Shown piece after piece: positions 49,950-60,773 of a DNA stretch of 64,000 bases (positions are counted from its first letter, which is position 1; each line of letters starts with the position of its first letter). A program made the position numbers and the translations under genes. The notes under the pieces were generated by a model, which was not told the origin of the DNA, made no database searches, and worked only from the letters and a program-made list of their open reading frames with translations. Source of the DNA: Squalus acanthias. Lineage: Eukaryota. The stretch covers positions 74,340,001-74,404,000 of the forward strand of contig CM059432.1 in the NCBI GenBank assembly GCA_030390025.1, in the 5' to 3' direction.

Positions 49950-52340
49950 ATAATATGAAAGAATTTTATATTGAGGTTGAGAGTGATTTAGTTAAGTCCA
50001 AAAAAGAGTCTTAAATTTGAACAAAGCAAACTACGTAGGTATGAGGGGCGAGTTGGCTAAGGTAGATTGGAAAACTAGATTAAAAGATATGACAGTAGAT
50101 AAGCAATGGCAAACATTTAAAGAAATAATTCATAATTCGCAACAAATATGCATTCCCTAAGGAATAAAAACCCCACTGGAAAAGTGGTCCAACCACGGCT
50201 AATAAGAGAAGTTAAAGATCATATTCGATTAAAGGAGGTGGCTTATAATGTTACCAAAAAGAATAGTAAGCCTGAGGATTGGGAGCATTTTAGAATTTCG
50301 CAAAGGAGGAAAAGAAATTGTTAAAGAGAGAGAAAATAGAATATGAGAGTAAACTAGCAAGAAAAATAAAAACAGATTGTAAAAGCTTCTATAGGTATGT
50401 AAAAAGAAAGAGATTAGTGAAAATAAATGTGGGTCCCTTACAGGCAGAGACAGGAAAAATTATATTGGGGAATAAGGAAATGGCAAAGACATTAAACAAA
50501 TACTTTGAGCTGGATTTTATCAACCTTGGCGGGTCCGTGGCGGGCGCCGTCCGTGGCGGGTCCCGGCCTCGCTGTCAAAAAAAAACATTTTCCCACCCGA
50601 CCTGCCACCGATCACGCCCGCTGACCCCCTGTAAAATTCCCCCCTTTGTAACTGTTTTCACGGAAGAAGACACAAAAAACATTCCGGAAATAGTGGGGAA
50701 TCAATGGTCTAGCGAGAATGAGGAACTTAAAGAAATTAGTATTAGTAAAGAAATAGTACTGGAGAAATTAGTGGGACTAAAAGTTAACAAATCCCCTGGA
50801 CCTGATGGCTTACATGCTAGGATTTTGAAAGAGGTGGCTATCGAGATAGTGGATGCATTGGTTTTGAAGAAAGGAGGGAGAGGGAAAACAAGGAACTACA
50901 GACCAGTTAGCCTGACATCAGGGGAAATGTTAGAATCTATTATTAGGGACGTGGTAACAGGGCACTTAGAAAATCATAATATGATTGGACAGAGTCAACA
51001 TGGTTTTATGAAAGGGAAATCGTGTTTGAAAAATCTGTTAAGAGTTTTTTGAGGTTGCAATCAGCAGGGTAGATAAGGGGGAACCAGTGGATTTGGTTTA
51101 TTTGGATTTTCAGAAAACATTCGATAAGGTGCCACCCAAGAGGTTATTACACAAAATTAGGGTTCATGGGATTCAGGGAAATATATTAGCATGGATTGAG
51201 GATTGGTTACCAGACAGAAAACAGAGAGTAGGAATAAACGGGTCATTTTTGGGTTGGCAGTCTGTAAATAGTGGGGTACTGCAAGGATCAGTGCTTGGGC
51301 CTTAACTATTTACAATCTATATCAATGACTTAGATGAAGGGACCGAGTGCAATGTATCCATGTTTGCTGATGATACAAAGATAAGTTGGAAGGTAAGTTG
51401 TAAGTTGTGAAGAGGACACAAATAGGCTGCAAAGGGATATAGACAGATAAAGTGAGTGGGCAAGAACATGACAGATGGAATATAATGTGGCAAAATGTGA
51501 AGTTATCCACTTTTGTTGGAAAAATAGAAAAGCAGAATATTTTTCAAATGGTGAGAGATTGGGAAATGTTAGTATTCAGAGGGACCTGGGTGTCCTTGTA
51601 CACGAATCACAGAAAGTTAACATGCCAGCACAACAAGCAATTAGGAAAGCAAATGGTATGTTGGCCTTTATTACAAAAGGATTTGAGTGTAAGAGTAAAG
51701 AAGTCTTACTGCCATTATATAGGGCTTTGGTGAGACCACACTGTGTACAGTTTTGGTTTCCTTACCTAAGGAAGAATATACTTGCCTTAGAGGGAGTGCA
51801 ACAAGGGTTCACTAGACTGATTCCTGGGATGGGGGGATTGTCCTATGAGGAGAGATTGAGTAGACTAGGCTTATATTCCCTGGATTTTAGAAGAATGAGA
51901 GGTGATCTCATTGAAACATATAAAATTATTTAGGGGCTTGACAGGGTAGATGCTGGGAGGAAGTTTCCCTGGCTGGAGAGTCTAGAACTAGGGGGAATAG
52001 CCTCAGAATAAGGGGTCGGCCATTTAAGTCTGAGATGAGGAGGAATTTCTTCACTCAGAGGGTGGTGAATCTTTGGAATTCTCTATCCCAGAGGGATGTG
52101 GAGGCTCAGTCGTTGAGTATATTCAAGACAGAGATTGATAGATTTTTGGATTTTTAAGAAAAATTCATTTATGGGATGTGGGCGTTGTTGGCAAGGCCAG
52201 CATTTATTGCCCATCCCTAATATTAAGGGAATCAAGGGATATAGGGATAGTGCAGGAAGGTGGAGTTGAGTTAGAAGATTATCCATGAGCTTATTGAATG
52301 GCGGAGCAAGGCTCGAAAGACAGAATGGTCTACTCCTGCT
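49950..52340 (+). mobile_element. Degenerate CR1 ORF2, inserted into a DeuSINE tail (about 49899-49937 and 52341-52430)
   Basis: KSFYRYVKRKR, KSPGPDG, QGSVLGP; (TTCTTATG) tail; flanks match consecutive parts of the SINE; short insert of the second LINE family's tail at about 52152-52220. Confidence 0.92.
50507..50644. mobile_element. 138-bp Harbinger-type MITE
   Basis: Imperfect TIRs GAGCTGGATTTT / AAAATTCCCCCC; exact TSD TTT. Confidence 0.88.
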
Positions 52341-54099
52341 CTTATTTCTTATGTTCTTATAACCTCAGGACATCCCAAAGCACTTTACAGCCAATTAAGT
52401 ACCTTTGAAGTGTAGTCACTGTTGTAATGTTGTACTGTAGCATTGCGACATTGAAACATACACTAATATGTCTTGTCTTGTAAATATCTGTTTGAAGGGG
52501 TGTCTCCTGCTGCTGCATTTTAAACTATGCTCATCTTCTGTTCGTCTAGGTACTCAAGAGGAGACGATGCCAGAGTGCAATGACCAGCCTCAACCAAACA
52601 TCTTAAAGCCTCCAGTGTCACCCAGTCATACAGTGGCAAGTATAGCACAGTTATATGTCCTTCACAGGAGTCAGTTAGTGAGTTACAGGAGAACACAATT
52701 AGCAAAGCACCGAGCATGATGGAGGAAAAACAAGTGTAGGCGGAATTGGAACAGATGTAATCTGATGGCTGGAGTGTCAGCTCAAGACCCCCAGTAGCTG
52801 CTGCATGCAGGGATATGGAGTTCATGAGGCCTGTTTGCAGATGTAGTTTCATAACTCAGCATCAGCATTTCATGGACTCTTTGAGAGTGTACCAAGTAAC
52901 CTGTGCAATTTGGGGGCCTCTGTGGAGGAGTTCATAAACTGCATCTGTGTACCACCTGACAGAGCTGTAGACCACCATGAAGGACGCATTCACTCCAGAC
53001 CGCACTGCAGCAGAGCCATCCTTGGCCAAAGCATAGCTTTTATCATGAATGCTTTGAATACCAGCTCCAATCTAAATTAGTCTGTCTTATCTAGGTTTAC
53101 CATGTTGGGGAATTAGACTGAGACAGTCATAATGCGGAGCTATAGCTGCCTGTTCCCACACAGATGGGAATGGCAGAAGCTAGCACAGATGGTGGTGATG
53201 TCTCTCAGGACAATGTCACATCCGTGATACCCATCTGCTCCACTCAAATGACTGTAAATGTGTCACACAGGCAGCCACCACATCAATACCCATGGCACCT
53301 ACAGTTGCACGGTTATCTACTGGCCCAGAATTAAGCAGGTATTGGACCACCTCCATCCTTAGAGGCAGCCATCCACTGCACGTATTTGCATACGTGCAGA
53401 TGACTGTTGCGCATTGGATGTTTCAGGCCTTAACTAAATGTGTCCTCTATTACAGTCTATTGTCCAACCCTTGCTGAGTAATTAATTCACTGTGCAGACA
53501 AGTCCTTTGGGGGTGATTTCCCCCCTGGATACTTTAGGTGCTAAAAAGCTTCCAAGGTGGCCAAAATGAGGTCTTAAGCTGAAACACCGGTTTAGCCTGC
53601 GTTTCACGCAAACCGCTATCTTGATAAAGGAGTTGAAGCACATGCTAGGAACGGCTGGTCGGAGGATCGTTAAGGGACTGATTGCCACTTAAATTGCCTG
53701 CTAGTGCTGATTAAGGAGGCTGCATGGCATTTTGGTGGATAGGGCTTGACCTAACGCCCTCTCCTAGCATCGACCAACTGATTGGGAGTAAACAAGTCGT
53801 TGCAGAGGATTTCAAGCGCTACTTAAATGTATATCACCTTATCTGTTCACTTGCTGCTGGAGGTTTGAAGAGGACTTTTGAAACACATCAGGAGACTTTC
53901 TGGGACACTTTGTCAAGACTTCACCAACACTTTATCTACATTTGTTCTGGAAACTCTCTGAGGACTTCGCCTAAAAAGAGTAAGTGCTGTGCTACTCCAC
54001 CTTATTGGACACCTTATAGGAGTCACCAGGGGAAAGGGAGTGCTTGGTCATGGGCATCTTACTAGTGGTTCCCCTTGATCTGCAGGAGGAATGGGAGGA

Positions 54100-54255
54100 G
54101 GACATGAGGCCAGGCAGAGCAGCACGAGCTGCTGCTGGTGAGAGGGCCAGGTGAACTCCATTCCCCCTGCAGGTATAGGACATCCCTCCTCCTCTGGATC
54201 TCCTTCACCAGGACCTCCACTGCCGTGTCCTAGAACCTGCATGCCCTCTCACCTG
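54100..54255 (-). pseudogene. Second, divergent Harbinger Myb/SANT-like remnant
   Basis: Manual translation ERACRF*DTAVEVLVKEIQRRRDVLY. Confidence 0.6.
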
Positions 54256-54387
54256 AAATGTCCCGCTGTGTGTCAGCCAGCGCACTCCACACCTTCAATG
54301 GAAGTAGGTGAGTGGAGCCCACATATACTGCGCCACAAAAATTGCGTCTAATCAGCGCTTGAGTACTAAACCTCCAGGAAAGTTGAA

Positions 54388-55033
54388 TTTTTTTTTATTC
54401 ATTCACAGGTTGTGGGCTTCGCTGGCAAGGCCAGCATTTATTGCCCATCCCTAATTGCCCTCGAGAAGGTGGTGGTGAGCCGCCTTCTTGAACCGCTGCA
54501 GTCCATGTGGTGAAGGTAATCCCACAGTGCTGTTAGGGAAGGAGTTCCAGGATTTTGACCCAGTGACAATGAAGGAACAGCGATATGTTTCCAAGTCAGG
54601 ATGGTGTGTGACTTGGAGGGGAACTTGGAGGTGGTGGTGTTCCCATGCACCTGCTGCCCTTGTCCTTCTAGGTGGTAGAGGTCGTGGATTTGGGAGGTGC
54701 TGTCGAAGACGCCTTGGCGAGTTGCTGCAGTGCATCTTGTAGATGGTACACACTGCAGCCACGGTATGCCGGTGGTAGAGGGAGTGAATGTTTAAGGTGG
54801 TGGATGGGGCGCCAATCAAGTGGGCTGCTTTGTCCTGGATGGTGTCGAGCTTCTTACGTGTTGTTGGAGCTGCACTCATCCAGGCAAGTGGAGAGTATTC
54901 CATCACACTCCTGACTTGTGCCTTGTAGATGGTGGAAAGGCTTTGGGGAGTCGGGAGGTGAGACACTCGCCGCAGAATACCCAGCCTCTGACCTGCTCTT
55001 GTTGCCACAGTATTTATGTGGCTGGTCCAGTTA
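54388..55033 (-). mobile_element. Second CR1-group LINE family, 3' fragment
   Basis: ORF 54451..55008 with IYKAQVRSVMEYSPLAW; colinear with 49010-49645. Confidence 0.92.
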
Positions 55034-55169
55034 AGAGTCAGTTAATTATGGTAATCAGCAATTAGGACCAAAATTGCTTGCTAAAACCAGACTTTCAAAC
55101 ATCATGTCTTATTAGCGCTGCATGCATTTAGTGCCTGTTTTCACCATTTCACCAAAATAACTCCCTTTG

Positions 55170-55560
55170 TCTCTTGGTAAGGGTCATCTTCTATCTCTGG
55201 TTTCTGCTGCCTGCCGTCTCCTGCTTGCTTCATGGCAAGGCCCCTTTGCAGTGCAAATTTGCGTAGGACGCAGCAGGCAGCGATAATTTTGGATACCTGG
55301 ACAGTTCTCTGCTGTTGCATCCTCCTGATCCATCCAGGCAGCTGAACTTTTGCTTCAGGAAGTGAATATATGGGCTGGCTCTCAGACCTGGAAGTGTTTC
55401 TGGTGTGCATTATCATATGCAGTGTCTTGTCGCTGTGTGCCTCAGTGGATAAGCAGCCCTTAATGGTTATCCATTCCGTCTTCCTGACCCTTGAAATATT
55501 GGTGGTATTGAAGGGAGTGACATAGAGGATAGGGTCCATATGGCAACATGCGTGCTATCT
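55170..55560 (-). pseudogene. PIF/Harbinger (HARBI1-like) DDE transposase C-terminal remnant
   Basis: Shifted frames give SIPPIFQG, AYDNAH, FLKQKFSCLDGSGG and VSKIIAACCVLRKFALQRG, matching the LKxRFRCLD..GG and IIxACCVLHN motifs. Confidence 0.8.
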
Positions 55561-56329
55561 TGCATGCCTCCTCTGATCCTTCTCTACCTTATACAAATAC
55601 GGGTCATGATGTGGAGATGCTGGCGTTGGACTGGGGTGGACAAAAATGAGAATGCGACTTCTCATTTTTATACAAATACAGACAGATGTCCAATAGGATA
55701 CCTATATAAAACACAAAATGAAATGCCCCTGTGGAAACACGTGGAGCTAGCAGATACAGTGAGCTTTAAGATGTTGATAGCAAATTCCTATGTGACAAAA
55801 GAGAAAATAGAAAAACAGCTGAACAGCAATGAAGCATTAAAATAGGTGGAAGAATATGCAGCAGATACTGGCAAGTCCAAAGGAATGAGGTTACTTTAAC
55901 AGCAAAGACCCAATCAACACTGACACATCTGGAGCCCTGTTCAAATGCTCCAGCCACTTTATGGGGTGTAGTCCTAATCTATATATATATTTTGGGGCCT
56001 TAATGATCCTAGCACACAACATGGGATGCATTACGATGTGCATACATCAGACACACAGCAGGCCTCAGTGCCCCATAATGCTAGGCACCTACCTAACAAA
56101 AATCTATCTACCAAACATCTACCAACTAGCTTTAGCTTGTATACTTTGATCTAGTGGTATGATATTTTCTGCTTTCAAAGGTAATGGGAGAATGTGGCGG
56201 TTATCCTACATGCTCCTCCAGTAAACGGTGTGAAAGCGATAGCTTTATCAGTCTGTCCTTGTCTGGTTCCATTCTGAATGCACACAGCACATCCCCAACA
56301 ATGGCTTCTCTTCCTGCCCCTGCACATTC

Positions 56330-59000
56330 ACCCGTGGAGTCCCCTAAGGACTATTTTAACCCTTTCCTTTTCCTCTCTACATGTAGCCCCTTGGTGGCAT
56401 CATCTCCAGGCTTCCATAGTTATGCTGATGACAGCCAGCTCTACCTCTCCACTTCTTTGACTCAACAATGATTTCCATACGGTCAGACTGCCTGTCCAAC
56501 ATCCAGTCATGGATGAGTCACAACTTCCTCCAACTGAACATTGTTCAACCACTGTCATAAGTTCTGCTGCCGTACCACTACCTCTGTTCCCTTGATCAGC
56601 CACTTTCTAGGCTGACCCAGACCACACAAAAGCTTGGCATTCTGTTGAACTCAAAGCTCAGCTTCAAAGATATCTTATCGATCACCAAGACTGCTTATTT
56701 CCACCTTCAAAACACTGCCCACTTCCGCCCTACCTCAGCTCCTCTCTTACTAAAATCCTTATCCATGCTTTAGTCACCTCTCGGCGCGATTACTTTAGTG
56801 CCCTTCTTGTTGGCCTCCCATCATCCAAAATGCAGCTGCCAATAACTGTCTCACACTATCCCTCTCCCCTGTCTCACCCATCCCTCTCCCCTGTCTCACA
56901 CTATCCCTCTCCCCTGTCTCACCCATCCCTCTCCCCTGTCTCACACTATCCCTCTCCCCTGTCTCACACTATCCCTCTCCCCTGTCTCACACTATCCCTC
57001 TCCTCTGTCTCACACTATCCCTCTCCCCTGTCTCACACTATCCCTCTCCCCTGTCTCACACTATCCCTCTCCCCTGTCTCACACTATCCCTCTCCCCTGT
57101 CTCACACTATCCCTCTCCCCTGTCTCACACTATCCCTCTCCCCTGTCTCACCCATCCCTCTCCCCTGTCTCACACTATCCCTCTCCCCTGTCTCACACTA
57201 TCCCTCTCCCCTGTCTCACCCATCCCTCTCCCCTGTCTCACACTATCCCTCTCCCCTGACTCACACTATCCCTCTCCCCTGTCTCACACTATCCCTCTCC
57301 CCTGTCTCACACTATCCCTCTCCCCTGTCTCACACTATCCCTCTCCCCTGTCTCACACTATCCCTCTCCCCGTCTCACACTATCCCTCTCCCCTGACTCA
57401 CCCATCCCTCTCCCCTGTCTCACACTATCCCTCTCCCCTGTCTCACCCATCCCCCTCCCCTGTCTCACACTATCCCTCTCCCCTGTCTCACACTATCCCT
57501 CTCCCCTGTCTCACCCATCCCTCTCCCCTGTCTCACACTATCCCTCTCCCCTGTCTCACACTATCCCTCTCCCCTGACTCACCCATCCCTCTCCCCTGTC
57601 TCACACTATCCCTCTCCCCTGTCTCACCCATCCCTCTCCCCTGTCTCACCCATCCCTCTCCCCTGTCTCGCACTATCCCTCTCCCCTGTCTCACACTATC
57701 CCTCTCCCCTGTCTCACACTATCCCTCTCCCCTGTCTCACACTATCCCTCTCCCCTGTCTCACACTATCCCTCTCCCCTGTCTCACACTATCCCTCTCCC
57801 CTGACTCACCCATCCCTCTCCCCTGTCTCACACTATCCCTCTCCCCTGTCTCACCCATCCCTCTCCCCTGTCTCACCCATCCCTCTCCCCTGTCTCGCAC
57901 TATCCCTCTCCCCTGTCTCACACTATCCCTCTCCCCTGTCTCACACTATCCCTCTCCCCTGTCTCGCACTATCCCTCTCCCCTGTCTCACACTATCCCTC
58001 TCCCCTGTCTCACACTATCCCTCTCCCCTGTCTCACACTATCCCTCTCCCCTGTCTCACACTATCCCTCTCCCCTGTCTCACACTATCCCTCTCCCCTGA
58101 CTCACCCATCCCTCTCCCCTGTCTCACACTATCCCTCTCCCCTGTCTCACCCATCCCTCTCCCCTGTCTCACCCATCCCTCTCCCCTGTCTCACACTATC
58201 CCTCTCCCCTGTCTCACACTATCCCTCTCCCCTGTCTCACACTATCCCTCTCCCCTGTCTCACCCATCCCTCTCCCCTGTCTCACACTATCCCTCTCCCC
58301 GTCTCACACTATCCCTCTCCCCTGTCTCACACTATCCCTCCCCCCTGTCTCTCATTATCCCTCCCCCCTGTCTCGCCCATCCCTCTCCCCTCTCTCACAC
58401 TATCCCTCTCCCCTGTCTCACACTATCCCTCTCCCCTGTCTCACCCATCCCTCTCCCCTGTCTCACACTATCCCTCTCCCCGTCTCACACTATCCCTCTC
58501 CCCTGTCTCACACTATCCCTCCCCCCTGTCTCTCATTATCCCTCCCCCCTGTCTCGCCCATCCCTCTCCCCTCTCTCACACTATCCCTCTCCCCTGTCTC
58601 ACACTATCCCTCTCCCCTGTCTCATACTATCCCTCTCCCCTGTCTCACACTATCCCTCTCCCCTGTCTCATACTATCCCTCTCCCCTGTCTCGCACTATC
58701 CCTCTCCCCTGTCTCACCCATCCCTCTCCCCTGTCTCACACTATCCGTCTCCCCTGTCTCATACTATCCCTCTCCCCTGTCTCACACTATCCCTCTCCCC
58801 TGTCTCACACTATCCCTCTCCCCTGTCTCACTGACTAACAATGGTTCCCAGTCCTGCAGTGTAGTAAATTTAACATTTTGAACTTTGCCTTTAAATCCCT
58901 CCATGGTCTCATCCAATCTATAACGTCCTCCAGCCTCATAACCCCTTCCTCTAAATCTTTCCCAGAACTGTGCCTTTTGTACATCCTCCATCCCTTTGCC
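56330..59000 (+). mobile_element. Old L2-type LINE remnant containing a minisatellite
   Basis: FHSYADDSQLYLS at 56411; IHALVTSR.DY at 56761; continues after the array with a WFP motif and ttaaatccctccatgg. Confidence 0.8.
56846..58831. repeat. Minisatellite, about 2 kb, with a 23-bp unit CTGTCTCACACTATCCCTCTCCC and a 22-bp variant CTGTCTCACCCATCCCTCTCCC
   Basis: Roughly 85-90 near-identical tandem units with no unique spacers. Confidence 0.98.
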
Positions 59001-59006
59001 CCACAT

Positions 59007-59766
59007 TAGTTCACTAATGTCCTTTAGGGAAGGAAATCTGCCGTCCTTACCTGGTCTGGCCTATATGTGACTCCAGATCCACAGCAATGTGGTTGACTCT
59101 TAACTGCCCCTCTGAAATGGCCTAGCAAGTCACTCAGTTGTAACAAACCGCTACAAAAAACAATAATAATAAAACCGGACGGACCACTTGTCATCGACCT
59201 AGTCACCGGATTCAGATATGACAAAGGCACACTCAGCCAGTCGACCCTGCAAAGTCCTCTTCACTAACATCTGGGGACTTGTGCCAAAGTTGGGAGAGCT
59301 GTCCCACAGGCTAGTCAAGGAGCAGCCTGACCTAGCCATACTCACATAATCATACCTTTCAGCCAGCGTCCCAGACTCCTCCATCACCATCCCTAGGTAC
59401 GTCCTGTGCCACCGGCAAGACAGACCCACCAGAGGTAGCGGCACAGTGGTATACAGTCAGGAGGAAGTGGCCCTGGGAATCCTCAACATTGACTCCAGAC
59501 CCCATGAAGTCTCATGGCATCAGGTCAAGCATGGGCAAGGAAACCTCCTGCTGATTATCACCTACCGCCCTCCCTTAGCTGATGAATTAATACTCCTCCA
59601 TGTTGAACACCACTTGGAAGAAGCACTGAGGGTAGCAAGGGCACAGAATGTATTCTGGGTGGAGGACTTCAATGTCTATCACCAAGAGTGGCTCGGTAGC
59701 ATCACTACTGACCAACCTGGCCGAGTCCTGAAGGACAAAGCTGCCAGACTGGGCCTGCAGCAGGTC
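59007..59766 (+). mobile_element. Second LINE family, 5' end (UTR plus endonuclease N-terminus), interrupted by nested insertions
   Basis: TNIWGL..KLGEL, RQDRPTRG, TYRPP, EDFNVYHQEWLGS. Confidence 0.85.
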
Positions 59767-59769
59767 ATA

Positions 59770-60613
59770 GAGCTCGATTTTCCAAGCCCCGTGGAGGCGG
59801 GTTTGGAGGCGGGAGTGGTGGGAAAATTGCAGATTCAGGAGGCACGCACCCATCCCGCCCCCAACCCGCCTCCATGCCAATGTCCCAGGAGGCGGGTATC
59901 CGACCTGTGCTGGGAGCCGCCTCCCCGAGGCGGGAAGGGGATTAGTGCCAATTAACTGCCTGTTAACAGGTAGTTAACAGGCAGTTTTTTGGCTAATCCC
60001 TATTTTTAGCCCTGAAGTGTGGGTTGCCCGACGGCTCCAAACCACACCAAGTTAGCGAGCTGGACCGTTGGTCTGCAGGGCTTGGAGGGGTCGAGATGTC
60101 CGGTGTACAGGTGAGTGATGGGTGCATGAGTGCAGAGGTAAGTGTGTTTGGTGTGTGTAAAGTGTTTTAATAAGTTTTACTTACCTTTACTTTCTCCTCC
60201 AGGCTTCCTCTCTTCAGTTCTCGGGAGTCCCTCAGCTCATCGGCACAGAAAGCAGAATGGCCGCTGAACTGTCAAAAGCTGCAGCCTCTGCTTTCTGGTC
60301 TGGAGAGCTCTCTAACTGAGTCTGAGTAGAAGGACTCAAGTTAGAAGACAGATTGTCAGTGTTTGACAGCTTCACAGAGCTGTCAAACGCTGATATTTCA
60401 TCTGTCAAAAACTCTTGACAGATGAAATGTCAACCGCTGACGTCACCTGTATCCAGGTGTCCCTTAATTGGCCTGCTGAGCCCGCTGGGTGGGCTTAACA
60501 AGGTCAATCAAGGGAAAGTAGCGTGGGTTGGGCACAAATCAATGGAGGCGGGACTACAACCCAAAAAGTGGGAGTCCCGCCTCCATCACGTCCCCATTGA
60601 CAAAATCGAGCCC
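59770..60613. mobile_element. Harbinger-type MITE
   Basis: TIRs GAGCTCGATTTT / AAAATCGAGCCC; exact TSD ATA (59767-59769 and 60614-60616). Confidence 0.9.
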
Positions 60614-60773
60614 ATAGAGTCAAAATTGCACAGAAGGAGGCCATTCGGCCCATCGAGTCCATGCCAGCTCTCTGTAGAGCAATCCAGTCAGTCCCATTCC
60701 CCCGTTCTATCCCTGTAGCCCTGCAAGTTTATTTCCCTCAAGTGTCTATCCAGTCTCCCCTTGAAAACATTGA

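Noticed and set aside
56830..57396. 188-aa repetitive ORF and CRISPR-like appearance
   Set aside because: Translation of a minisatellite; no unique spacers, no cas genes, eukaryotic context.
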